Source of the DNA: an uncultured Candidatus Saccharibacteria bacterium
GTDB lineage: Bacteria > Patescibacteriota > Minisyncoccia > Minisyncoccales > JANBVM01
Direction of reading: 5' to 3'
DNA: 64,000 nt
Assembly (NCBI GenBank): GCA_964435835.1
Contig: CAYSZX010000001.1
Coordinates: forward strand, 8,197-72,196
Program-made: the position numbers and the translations under genes
Notes under the pieces: generated by a model
The model's database searches: none
Told to the model about the DNA's origin: nothing
What the model saw: the letters and a program-made list of their open reading frames with translations, nothing else
Shown: one piece after another, positions 38,544-47,574 of the stretch
Position numbering within the stretch: the first letter of the stretch is position 1
How the letters are laid out: the number at the start of each line of letters is the position of its first letter

Positions 38544-38645
38544 ATTTTTTCTAAATTTAAAATTAATTATTGACCTTTCATTATAAGTATATACCCATAA
38601 CAATATACTGTCAAGAAAGGAAAAGCTTAATTAATTTTAAGTAAT

Positions 38646-39209
38646 TTACTTTAGTTTTCCGGAAATTAATATTTCGTAAGTATTTTCAGATTCACAAGCT
38701 TGAATATGAATAATATCTTCTTCGTCTATCATAAAAGCATAACCTGTTCCCCTACTACTGTCATCTAAACCCTTGTCCCATTCTAGTTCCCCTTCAGGAC
38801 TAACTGGTAATTCCCCCAAATAACCTTTATCAGCCAAATCAGATAAATCAAGACAATAATTATCGTCAAAAACCTCAACATCCGAAAATTCATTAGAATC
38901 ATCACATCCTTTAATTTTAGGACCTCCAACAATCATATACCAGTCCTCTCTATACAAACCATCTATTTCTTTAAACAAGTCTGCATTTCTTTTATCAGAT
39001 TTATAATTTCTAAGGGCGCTCAAAATAGAAGTAACATCTTCCCATCTTTCCGCATCTCTAGCTTTTTTAAATTTTCTAATAGGATCAAAATAATATAAAA
39101 GACCAGCAATAGTAATTGTGACAAGAGCAACTATTACTAAAGGCTTTATTAAACTCACACTCCTATTTTCTTTTTCTTTTTCCATTTTGTGTTTTAAATT
39201 ATTTATCAA
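38646..39209 (-). CDS. Hypothetical membrane-anchored protein, weakly pilin-like
   Basis: N-terminal SLIKPLVIVALVTITIAGLLYY helix followed by a soluble domain. There is no canonical G/FTLIE prepilin motif, so this is only a resemblance. Confidence 0.35.
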   Translation of the reverse strand: MINNLKHKMEKEKENRSVSLIKPLVIVALVTITIAGLLYYFDPIRKFKKARDAERWEDVTSILSALRNYKSDKRNADLFKEIDGLYREDWYMIVGGPKIKGCDDSNEFSDVEVFDDNYCLDLSDLADKGYLGELPVSPEGELEWDKGLDDSSRGTGYAFMIDEEDIIHIQACESENTYEILISGKLK

Positions 39210-39258
39210 TAATCTTTGTTTATTATAAAATTTATTGGAAAAATAAGAAAGTTAATTT

Positions 39259-39804
39259 TTAAAAAGGATAAATTCTTAACAGTTCTTTCCAGGCTTTACA
39301 AAAACGCTTATTTTCTTTTTTAATTTTAGGCAAAAAATCAAGACTTTCACAATCTCTTTTTAATTTATCCATAGCCACTTTCTTAGAAATCTTATCCGCC
39401 ATAGTTAAATAATAAAAATCTGTCATATGACTAACAGAATTAGCTACCGCTAAAATTTTGGCTTCCAATGTTTCCGGTAAAACGTCTTTACATTTATGAG
39501 ATCTAACGCAATGAACTACATCACCAATTCTAGCTGGTGATATCTTTAATTTAGGAAGAAAATGCCTTGCCTCATCAGCAGAATTAACAGCATGATCTTT
39601 ACGAGTCCCTATTATTTGTCCAATATCATGCAACCAAACAGATAATAAAACAGTTTCTCTGTCTGCTTCCGGATAATCCTCTAATATTTTTTTAACCCAC
39701 TTCTCTGTTTTAAAAACATGACGGGGTAAATACTGATAAGGAGGATTATCAGCTTTTTTAAAGTTTTCTAAAAAATACAGCTTTGTTTTACTAATAATAT
39801 CCAT
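39259..39804 (-). CDS. HD-domain hydrolase
   Basis: VWLHDIGQIIG...DHAVNSA...VHCVRSHK...VANSVSHMTD carries the H-HD-H-H-D ligand pattern. Confidence 0.6.
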   Translation of the reverse strand: MDIISKTKLYFLENFKKADNPPYQYLPRHVFKTEKWVKKILEDYPEADRETVLLSVWLHDIGQIIGTRKDHAVNSADEARHFLPKLKISPARIGDVVHCVRSHKCKDVLPETLEAKILAVANSVSHMTDFYYLTMADKISKKVAMDKLKRDCESLDFLPKIKKENKRFCKAWKELLRIYPF

Positions 39805-39834
39805 AAATAAAAAAACGCCCTAAATTTTAGGTTT

Positions 39835-40230
39835 TTATTTCTTTTCTTTCTTTTCTTTTCTAAACATTATAGGGGTAATTCTTTCATAAAAAGTAAGCCT
39901 TTTTTCAAGTTTCTTTTCATTCCCTTTAATTTTCTTATCCCAAACTGTTGGATTTTTCTTAACCATTCTATAAACCGAATCAAAATGCTTCTTTAAAGTA
40001 GTTAACTTATATTTAATAGATCTAAGAAGCTTGGTTTTTCTTTTATCAGACAATCCTTTCTTATAAGAAATTTCCAAAGGAACCCCCATTTTTTTCATTA
40101 GTTTATTAACGTTTGGATTAACCTCCCATTTTTCAGCTTTATTGCGTAGTTCTTTAGCTCTTTCTTTAAACCGAGCAAGAGTTTTTAAAGCCTTTTTTTG
40201 TTGTTTTTTCTTTTTGCTTTTTTTAGTCAT
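39835..40230 (-). CDS. Hypothetical highly basic (Lys-rich) protein
   Basis: 131 aa with Lys-rich termini and no recognisable motif. Confidence 0.35.
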   Translation of the reverse strand: MTKKSKKKKQQKKALKTLARFKERAKELRNKAEKWEVNPNVNKLMKKMGVPLEISYKKGLSDKRKTKLLRSIKYKLTTLKKHFDSVYRMVKKNPTVWDKKIKGNEKKLEKRLTFYERITPIMFRKEKKEKK

Positions 40231-40286
40231 TGTCCTTAAATTTTAGCAGAGAATTGACTTTTAATCAATTTTCTTTTCTAAAATTA

Positions 40287-40781
40287 CTAAAACTTTTCAT
40301 TTAAAAAAGCAATTAGATAACCTAAAAAAGAACCTCCTAGAATATCCAAAGGATAATGAACTCCAACAAAAACTCGAGATAAACCAATCAAAAAAGAATT
40401 TAATAGCATCCAACTCCCTATTTCTTTGTTCCCAAACCAAATTATAAAAGACAAAGTAAAAAAGAAAGTACTATGGCCTGAAGGAAAAGATAAATCACTT
40501 AAACGACGGATTAAAAGATTAACATTGTGAGTTATAAACGGTCTATTTCTTTCAATAAATCTCCTAATAATTTTTAAAAGTACAAACCTAGTAAAAAATG
40601 ACAAAGCAATAGCTTTAAAAAACAACCCTTCGTCTAATTTATCTTTCCAAATTAAAAAAATAAGAATAAAAATCATTACAAATCCACTATATTCAGCAAA
40701 GAAAACGCCAATTTGGTCTAGCCAATTGTATTTATTCGCTAAATCATTAATTTTTTTAAACCAATCGTAATCTTTTTTCAT
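40287..40781 (-). CDS. PAP2-family membrane phosphatase
   Basis: KxxxxxxRP-like region (IERNRPF), SFPSGHS and SRVFVGVHYPLDILGG are the three PAP2 motifs. 4-5 TM segments. Confidence 0.7.
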   Translation of the reverse strand: MKKDYDWFKKINDLANKYNWLDQIGVFFAEYSGFVMIFILIFLIWKDKLDEGLFFKAIALSFFTRFVLLKIIRRFIERNRPFITHNVNLLIRRLSDLSFPSGHSTFFFTLSFIIWFGNKEIGSWMLLNSFLIGLSRVFVGVHYPLDILGGSFLGYLIAFLNEKF

Positions 40782-40876
40782 TAATTTTATTATCTAATAT
40801 TTAATCTAAAAATCAATGTTAAAAACAAAACCAGGCTAAAATAGCCTGGTCTGTTTTTCTAGCCGAATAATCAAAA

Positions 40877-41077
40877 TTATTCAGCACGAGTTACGTTTAC
40901 AGCGTTAGGTCCTTTATCAGAATCTACTACTTCAAAAGAAAGCTTGTCGCCTTCTTTTAACTCTTCAAAGCTAACACCTTGAAGTTCGTTGCTGTGAAAA
41001 AATAAATCATCATCTTTTCCATCAACAGTAATAAAGCCGTAACCTCTATCTGTAAGTTTTTTAACGGTTCCTTCCAT
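40877..41077 (-). CDS. cspA: Cold-shock protein (CSD)
   Basis: MEGTVKKLTDRGYGFITVDG...DLFFHSNELQG carries the RNP1/RNP2 motifs of the cold-shock domain. 66 aa. Confidence 0.9.
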   Translation of the reverse strand: MEGTVKKLTDRGYGFITVDGKDDDLFFHSNELQGVSFEELKEGDKLSFEVVDSDKGPNAVNVTRAE

Positions 41078-41307
41078 TATTTTACAACTTTTAAATTTCT
41101 AAATTAAGCTTTTCCTTTTAAAACCGACTACTTTCATAGGATAAGCCATTGATAATAAATTAGCAGAAAAAAATATAAAGTCAAGTGAATAACTTACCTA
41201 TTCTTCTTTTTTCTGACTTTTTGTATTATCCTGAGTTCCTTTCTGAACACTCTTTTTTAACCCCACTCAACCTTTTGTATTGCAAATTATGATTTTTTCT
41301 CAACACA
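41078..41307 (-). promoter_or_regulatory. Long 5' leader plus promoter region of cspA
   Basis: About 230 nt non-coding upstream of csp. Cold-shock genes classically carry long structured 5' UTRs. Position-based inference. Confidence 0.3.
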
Positions 41308-42042
41308 CTAATCCAATTTGGCAATTTTCAATAACTTCTTATAAATTATAATATCTGCTAAATAGGTTATAGGAAAAATCCATAGACAACCTAAAAACAA
41401 AGATAATATTCCTAAAACAAAAAGAGTAGAATTTATTAATTTAAGCAAAAGAATTTGCCATTTATAACCTTCTGTAATCTTCACACTTTTTTTCATTGCA
41501 CTCAAACAGTCCATTTTCTTATCAATTACTAGATATTTGGATTGAGAAAATATTAACCCAAAATATATTCCTGGCACGATAAATAAAAGAAATCCCAAAA
41601 AACTAATTAAGTACACAAGAAAATCAACAAAAAAAACATCAAAAACCATTCTCCAATTTTTTTTATTAAACAATTCGATTACCTCGGTTTTTTCTTTGTT
41701 ATAAATATCAAGAAAAATATTAAATAGTCCTATTCCCAGCCAATAACTTACAGCAATAAACAAAAACTGACCAACAGCAGGAATTACATTTACTCCGCTT
41801 AAAATAAGTGAAGAAATAACAAAAACAATTAATAACCCTGCCAAAAAGCCCAAATTACTATTAGTTAAGACCCATGCTTCCTTGAAAGTATCCCCTACTT
41901 TAATCTTTTGCTTGTTTTCTTCTTTATAAATTTTTTGTTGTGTTTTTTCTTGTTGAGTTTTCTTTCCTTGTTGAGGTCGTTCTTGAGTTTCAAACTCCTG
42001 AGACTGATCTTCTTTTTTATCCTCTTCCATAAAAAATATCAT
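41308..42042 (-). CDS. Hypothetical polytopic membrane protein with a Gln/Glu-rich N-terminus
   Basis: 244 aa. N-terminal EDKKEDQSQEFETQERPQQGKKTQQEKTQQ, then 5-6 TM helices. Confidence 0.45.
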   Translation of the reverse strand: MIFFMEEDKKEDQSQEFETQERPQQGKKTQQEKTQQKIYKEENKQKIKVGDTFKEAWVLTNSNLGFLAGLLIVFVISSLILSGVNVIPAVGQFLFIAVSYWLGIGLFNIFLDIYNKEKTEVIELFNKKNWRMVFDVFFVDFLVYLISFLGFLLFIVPGIYFGLIFSQSKYLVIDKKMDCLSAMKKSVKITEGYKWQILLLKLINSTLFVLGILSLFLGCLWIFPITYLADIIIYKKLLKIAKLD

Positions 42043-42130
42043 TAAATTAATAAGCTAAATAATAAAATTGCCTTTTTTATTTATAAGAATTATAACAGAT
42101 TGAAATTTTAAGTCTATTTTTAAAAATAAA

Positions 42131-42165
42131 AACCCCCCTTAAAGGGAGGGTTTTTCATTTTCAAA
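42131..42165 (-). terminator. Terminator-like GC hairpin flanked by A- and T-runs
   Basis: AAAAACCCCCCTTAAAGGGAGGGTTTTTC. Confidence 0.45.
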
Positions 42166-42325
42166 CTGCAAGGTTATTCTTCGTTTCCTTCAGTTTCTTC
42201 TTCTCCTTGCTTTTGTTCTTCTTTTTCTTCTTCTTCCATGGTGAGAATTTAGATTATCTTAATAAAAAAATCAACCTTTCAGTGCTGATATTATAGCAAA
42301 TATGCATTTTTTTTAAAAGTAAACA

Positions 42326-42356
42326 AAAACCCCCAGAAAGAGGGGATTTTGTTAAC
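42326..42356 (-). terminator. Terminator-like hairpin downstream of the DUF378 gene; a near-copy of the 42131 hairpin
   Basis: AAAAACCCCCAGAAAGAGGGGATTTTGTT. Confidence 0.45.
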
Positions 42357-42369
42357 CTATTTCAATAGT

Positions 42370-42591
42370 TTAGAATTCCTGTTTTGGATTTTCCTTAGGT
42401 TTCTTTCCAGCAAAAGAAATGAAGGCTAAATAAATTGCTGCCAATCCTACTAAATCGTAAATTATCTTTGTCAGCATAGTAGCAGAACCAAAAATAGCAG
42501 TAACTAAATTAAAGTTCATAAAACCAATCAGCCCCCAATTCAGACCGCCGATAATAACCAGTATTAAAGCTAAAGTTTTTAGCGTATTCAT
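42370..42591 (-). CDS. DUF378-family small membrane protein
   Basis: LALILVIIGGLNWGLIGFMNFNLVTAIFG...IIYDLVGLAAIYL is the LNWGL(V/I)GF motif of DUF378. Start taken at MNTLKTL. Confidence 0.55.
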   Translation of the reverse strand: MNTLKTLALILVIIGGLNWGLIGFMNFNLVTAIFGSATMLTKIIYDLVGLAAIYLAFISFAGKKPKENPKQEF

Positions 42592-42664
42592 AATATCTTG
42601 GCTTATTTTTTTAAGACGACCTTTCAATTACTATAATAATAACATTAAATCCAAAGATAATAAA

Positions 42665-43270
42665 TCACCCTACAACTGCTTTAAAAATTTTAAATAAGTT
42701 TTTATTAGTTTTCTCAGCGATAGAAAGATATTGTTTAAATTCCTTATTCCATCTTTCAAACTTATTTCTAGAAGGATGCCCTTCAGGAATAAAATCCTGA
42801 GAAAGCCTATTATCTAATTTATCACATAATTTAATTAACCTTACTTCTTTGCTGCTTTTAACAAGCCTTTTTATCTTTTTTTGTTTACTCTTAGCTTTTT
42901 CATCTGGAGTTTCACTTTCTGATCTCTCCCTAGTAACTGCTTTAACTAATCTCAAAACCTCGTTTCCTAATCTATTTTTAATCTCCTTAGCTGGGATATT
43001 TGTATCTTCCAAAACATCATGAAGCAAAAGAACACAAATTAAATTAACTTTTTTTATCTTTGCTTCTTCAATTAATAATAAAGCCGCTCTTATTGGATGG
43101 ATAAAATAAGGAATGTTGGTATCTCTCATCTGACCCTTATGGCCTTTTTCAGCTAACTTAAAAGCTTTCAGAATTTTATTTTTATCTTTAGAGTCAAAAC
43201 TATCAATAATTTTTAAAAACTTTTTCCTTTGATAATTAAAGTCTAAAAACTTGTCTTTATTTATATTCAT
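42665..43270 (-). CDS. HD-domain protein with RelA/SpoT-type hydrolase fold (small alarmone hydrolase-like)
   Basis: YFIHPIRAALLLIEEAK...LICVLLLHDVLEDT...KLCDKLDN follows the HP.(R/V)A...LHDV.EDT pattern of Rel/SpoT and Mesh1 (p)ppGpp hydrolase domains. No synthetase domain. Confidence 0.55.
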   Translation of the reverse strand: MNINKDKFLDFNYQRKKFLKIIDSFDSKDKNKILKAFKLAEKGHKGQMRDTNIPYFIHPIRAALLLIEEAKIKKVNLICVLLLHDVLEDTNIPAKEIKNRLGNEVLRLVKAVTRERSESETPDEKAKSKQKKIKRLVKSSKEVRLIKLCDKLDNRLSQDFIPEGHPSRNKFERWNKEFKQYLSIAEKTNKNLFKIFKAVVG

Positions 43271-44058
43271 TTAATATTGAGTTCAATTGCTTTTTTAATT
43301 TGAGTTAATTCAGAAGGGTTAATGTCTTTTAATGAATTACCTTTAAAACTCTGGATTATCTTGACCCCTTCGGTATCTATTTTTACTCTGCTTCTGGAAG
43401 CTAAAACAAGATTAGGACTCCTAATTTCTCCTTCAGAAGGTCCTTTGTTAATAAAACACTTTCTAGCATCCATAATAACTAAATCAGAATTTATTATTTT
43501 ATTTAACTCAGCTATTTTTTCTTGTAATTTACGAAAATGAAAACCAACCCTCTCAAGAGGTTTCATAAATCCCATAGACAATTTTAGACTACCAGTAAAC
43601 TTAGCTAAAAAATGAGTTTTTAAATTAGGTAAAAGAATTAATTTATCAGCTCTATCTAAATATTCAGAAACAGAAAGTTCTTTTAAATAATTCCCTTCCG
43701 GTATTTTCTTTTTTACCCATTCACGTTCATCAAAAACATAAATTCGAGGAGGTCTTTCTTTCTTTTCTAAATCAAAAACGCCTAACTCCTCCATTATTTT
43801 TCTAGTATTCAAGCTCATAGTTGAAGAATCGCCAGTTATCACCATCTTAGCTCCACAATCATAAACTAATTCAGTAACAACTTGTAAAAAATCTAAACTT
43901 GTTGAAGCCGGATAAGGATCAGCTGTATTAAAATTAGGTTTTAATAAAACAACATCTCCCCTATCAATAAAATTATCAAAACCCCCTATTTCATTCACGG
44001 CTTCTGAAATAGATTCTTTTAAATTTTCGTCTACTTTTACTTTTGATACTTTATCCAT
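43267..44058 (-). CDS. DUF362-domain protein
   Basis: GDVVLLKPNFNTADPYPASTSLDFLQVV...AKMVITGDSS is the typical DUF362 N-terminal block. Overlaps the HD gene by 4 nt, which suggests a coupled pair. Confidence 0.6.
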   Translation of the reverse strand: MDKVSKVKVDENLKESISEAVNEIGGFDNFIDRGDVVLLKPNFNTADPYPASTSLDFLQVVTELVYDCGAKMVITGDSSTMSLNTRKIMEELGVFDLEKKERPPRIYVFDEREWVKKKIPEGNYLKELSVSEYLDRADKLILLPNLKTHFLAKFTGSLKLSMGFMKPLERVGFHFRKLQEKIAELNKIINSDLVIMDARKCFINKGPSEGEIRSPNLVLASRSRVKIDTEGVKIIQSFKGNSLKDINPSELTQIKKAIELNIK

Positions 44059-44127
44059 TTTTTTTAAAAAAATTAATCCTTAGTACATTATAATAAAAAA
44101 AAGCGAGAAAAAAAATGATTTCTCGAT

Positions 44128-44391
44128 TTATAATTCTTTTTGAATATTGCTAATGCGCCTTAAAAGAGCACTAACAACATCTTTAGCTCTATCCTCTTCT
44201 TGAGCTTTTCTTATTAAAAATTGATTCTCCTTTTCAAGTTGAAGAATAATTTCCTTCAACTCTTCGAGGATTTCTCGATCAACCTCCACCTTCTCAAATG
44301 GAAGTTGTCTCCTGCTGCAAAGAATTTTTTTTGCATGATACAGGATCTCCCACCCCCCAGGAGAAAAGCCCGACAATTCTGTTAAGTTCAT
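44128..44391 (-). CDS. Hypothetical small coiled-coil protein
   Basis: 87 aa. The C-terminal half is helical and charged. No motif. Confidence 0.3.
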   Translation of the reverse strand: MNLTELSGFSPGGWEILYHAKKILCSRRQLPFEKVEVDREILEELKEIILQLEKENQFLIRKAQEEDRAKDVVSALLRRISNIQKEL

Positions 44392-44413
44392 ACTTATAAA
44401 ATAACATAATTAC

Positions 44414-45766
44414 TTATTCTGTCAACAGAGCTCCCCTAGTATAAATATTCTTAGGGTTCCAAAGTAACCAACCGGAAGTCTCAGTATCTTCTGCGGCATT
44501 AATTTGAGCTCTCACCTTATTAACATCATAACTAATTTCCCTATCACTATCAGCCTTTAAATTAAAATCTTGCAACCAAGGTCTAATTCTAGCTTTAGAA
44601 CAATACATAACAGAATTCTTCCCTACGCATTGAGGCTGAAGTTCTAATTCAGAATAAGCAGAAGAAATAAAATCTCTTCCAGAATAAACAGACCTAGAAA
44701 CAATTTCATAAGGTTTATTAGAAACAATTTCTTCAATATCCTCAGATTCATAAGGAAAATGAAGAAGAGGTAAATTTCTTTCTAAATCAGCCCCAACTGA
44801 AAAACCGCCAAAATAATGACTTGGATAAATCATAAAAGAAATATAGTCAAAAGTATCAACAAAGCTAGAAATCTTTTGACCAATAGTAGGAGAAGAAGAA
44901 AGAAGAGCTACTTCTCCAAATAAATCAACAGAAAGAATAATATCAGACTTATAATCTCTTAAATTATTTCTTAATCTTAAACAAAACTCTCTAATAATAT
45001 CTGTTTTTTCTTTTTCTTCTTTATAGAAAGGATAAACAATTTCGTCATCATCTACAGGAAAACGAATGTAATCATATTGAATTTCATCAAAACCAGCATC
45101 AATAACTTGATAAGATAAATCAATTAAATATTTCTGAACTTGAGTACTAGAAGGATCAAGCCAATAATAACCTTTATGGTCTTGCCAAAAACCTCCTTCT
45201 TGATTTTTAATATAAAAATTAGGCTTTGTTTTTGTTAAAGAATTATCTCTAAAAGAAACCAGCCTAGCGATAACCCAAATATCTTTCGCATGTAACTCCT
45301 CAACTAATCTTTTTAAATTATCAGATAATTGAAAACCATCTACTTCTTTAACGTCTATCACTACTGCATTAAGCTCGGTTTCTTCTAAAAGTTCTTCAAT
45401 GTCGCTTAAAATTTGTTGAGCACTAGAATTAGAAGAACTAGAATTACCAATCAATTTAGTAATATAAACACCTTTAACATTATTAGATTGCTCAAGAATC
45501 TTTTCTCGAGTCTTATAATCCTCATTGAATTCTTTAGTAATGTCTTTAAGGTTTAAATCTTCTTTTGAAAAATTATTATTTTCAATTTCCAACAAAGCTA
45601 TTTCTTCCTTTAAACTCTCTATTATTTCTTGCTTCTCTCCTAATATTACTTGTTTCTCTTCTATTATTTCTTTCTTTTCATTTAAACCATTTTGAAAAAA
45701 CCAATATCCAATAAAAAAAAGACTAATAAATAAACTAACAAACAAAATTTTAAACCTATTTTTCAT
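44414..45766 (-). CDS. Membrane-anchored putative glycoside-hydrolase-like TIM-barrel protein (GHL/DUF4015-like)
   Basis: N-terminal TM plus coiled coil, then GVYITK..., NAVVIDVKE..., YYWLDPS... and FDEIQYDYIRFP, which are reminiscent of GH-like families. Confidence is only moderate. Confidence 0.45.
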   Translation of the reverse strand: MKNRFKILFVSLFISLFFIGYWFFQNGLNEKKEIIEEKQVILGEKQEIIESLKEEIALLEIENNNFSKEDLNLKDITKEFNEDYKTREKILEQSNNVKGVYITKLIGNSSSSNSSAQQILSDIEELLEETELNAVVIDVKEVDGFQLSDNLKRLVEELHAKDIWVIARLVSFRDNSLTKTKPNFYIKNQEGGFWQDHKGYYWLDPSSTQVQKYLIDLSYQVIDAGFDEIQYDYIRFPVDDDEIVYPFYKEEKEKTDIIREFCLRLRNNLRDYKSDIILSVDLFGEVALLSSSPTIGQKISSFVDTFDYISFMIYPSHYFGGFSVGADLERNLPLLHFPYESEDIEEIVSNKPYEIVSRSVYSGRDFISSAYSELELQPQCVGKNSVMYCSKARIRPWLQDFNLKADSDREISYDVNKVRAQINAAEDTETSGWLLWNPKNIYTRGALLTE

Positions 45767-45920
45767 TTTTCAAAAATATTTAGTTTTGATTCTGATTTAT
45801 TATAACAAAAACTCGAGCTAAATGCTCGAGCTGTACTTTCTTCTTCTATCCAACTCATTAACATTATAATAATTTCCAATCACTCTTACTAAAATACAAA
45901 AATTCAATAATGTATTTATT

Positions 45921-47210
45921 TTACTGACTCAAAATGTTTAACAAACTTGTTTTAATTTCCTCATTAAAACCAGAAAAGCTTTTTTCTTCAGTGAAAATAA
46001 AAGGAAAATACTCATAAGAAGTAGAAACACCCGAACTAGTTGGATGATCGCCAAAGTATTTCTCTCTTTCCTCACCAAAATCTTCATCGGCAACCAAAAC
46101 TTCTTTAAATTCAATATCATTATCGTTAAAAAATTCTTTTGCTTCTAAACACATTGATCCTTGGTTATTGTGAAACATTACAACTTCATTCTCACTATAT
46201 AAATCAGTTGAGGTTGAAGAAGAATTTTGTTTTCCAGTTAATTCTTCAATTGAACATGGGTTTTTAACACGATTACCTTCTGTTTCGGCTCCCTCCTCTA
46301 CATGTTCTAACATTTCAGGAGTGTAAGGAGAGTTACGATTTTGAGGAATTTTATGAAATTCCATCTCATAATCAGATTTTGCCATCATTTGATCCAAAGA
46401 AACCCACTTAATTTCATTATTGTCCCAAAAATTCTTCCACGTTTCCATCCAATCTTCTAAGTAACCACCAATATTAGTATGAGAGACCGGAGTAAACCTA
46501 TCATATTCATTAATTGTCTTTATTAAATCTCCCCTCATATCTTCGGGTTCACCTTCTCTTGTCCAATAACTATAATCACATAAACTTCCGTATTTAAATT
46601 CTATATTTTCAATATTGGATACAGATAAAATCTTTACATTATAATCTTTAACATCATAAACTCCAGCTTTGGTTCCCATTGTCCCTCTAGCCGTAACATA
46701 AGGAATATTCAATTCTTCAGCAGCCTTAACAGTATTTTCATCTGAAGCAAAAAAGCGAGAACCAACTATCTTAATAGGTTTACCAGTACAAGATTCTATT
46801 CTGCTTTTAATTTCAGAAATTCTTTCGTATTGTTCTTCATAAGGCATATCCCAAAATGGAGATTCTGTATTAGAACCAATTATTTCCACTCCATAATTAG
46901 TCAGTTCCTTAATAGTTGAACAATTATCTTCAACAAATTCCGGAGTAACGAGCAAAGCAGAAGGAATATCTCTTTGGTTAAGTTCATTTACAAAATTAAC
47001 CAAACCAACAGTATCTTTATACTCAATAAGAATCACCATTCCTTCCGGAATTTCTTCCGAAATTTCTACCTCTTGTTGCTCCTGTTCTTGGATCTCTTCA
47101 TCAATTTCATTTTCAGGATTAATAAATTCATTAAAAATAAAGAATCCAAAACCAGCAATTAAAACAAGAACTAATGATCCATAAACAATTAAGAAGTTTT
47201 TATTACTCAT
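45921..47210 (-). CDS. Hypothetical membrane-anchored protein with a C-terminal glutaredoxin-like segment lacking CxxC
   Basis: N-terminal TM (FLIVYGSLVLVLIAGFGFFIF), then an acidic linker. The C-terminal VVMFHNNQGSMCLEAKEFFNDNDIEFKEV resembles the Grx fold but has a single Cys. Confidence 0.35.
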   Translation of the reverse strand: MSNKNFLIVYGSLVLVLIAGFGFFIFNEFINPENEIDEEIQEQEQQEVEISEEIPEGMVILIEYKDTVGLVNFVNELNQRDIPSALLVTPEFVEDNCSTIKELTNYGVEIIGSNTESPFWDMPYEEQYERISEIKSRIESCTGKPIKIVGSRFFASDENTVKAAEELNIPYVTARGTMGTKAGVYDVKDYNVKILSVSNIENIEFKYGSLCDYSYWTREGEPEDMRGDLIKTINEYDRFTPVSHTNIGGYLEDWMETWKNFWDNNEIKWVSLDQMMAKSDYEMEFHKIPQNRNSPYTPEMLEHVEEGAETEGNRVKNPCSIEELTGKQNSSSTSTDLYSENEVVMFHNNQGSMCLEAKEFFNDNDIEFKEVLVADEDFGEEREKYFGDHPTSSGVSTSYEYFPFIFTEEKSFSGFNEEIKTSLLNILSQ

Positions 47211-47215
47211 TTTTT

Positions 47216-47497
47216 CTATTTAGTCATTTCTTTAACTTCCTCTTCTCCTTCTTTCATTCTCTCAGCCATTTCTTTATCTTTCTGAAGCAACAAAGTCTGA
47301 AATTCTCCAACGTGTTCTTTTTCTTCATTTGCTATATCTAAAAGAACTTCTTTAAGTAATTCATCTTTAGTCATAGCTGCCATTTGTTCGTAGAGATTAA
47401 TAGCATCCAACTCAGCAAATATTCCAGCTCTTAATATTTCTTTATCTATATTTTCTTGTTTTATTTTATCTAAGTTAATAGGTAGTTTTGATAACAT
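47216..47497 (-). CDS. Small ferritin-like di-iron protein of the encapsulated-ferritin (EncFtn)-like type
   Basis: AELDAINLYEQMA...DELLKEVLLDIANEEKEHVGEF matches the E-x-L-[DE]-A-[IV]-[DN]-x-Y-[DE]-Q ... EEKEH pattern of approximately 100-aa EncFtn/rubrerythrin-like proteins. Confidence 0.5.
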   Translation of the reverse strand: MLSKLPINLDKIKQENIDKEILRAGIFAELDAINLYEQMAAMTKDELLKEVLLDIANEEKEHVGEFQTLLLQKDKEMAERMKEGEEEVKEMTK

Positions 47498-47574
47498 TTT
47501 ATTTTTAAAATTGATTTATAACTTGACTATTATTTATTATACACAAAAAAATAATTTTGACTATTTTCTAAAAA

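Noticed and set aside
38391-38573. 60-aa plus-strand ORF antisense to DUF5320
   Set aside because: It is the Ser/Thr-rich complement of the Gly/Arg-rich coding sequence.
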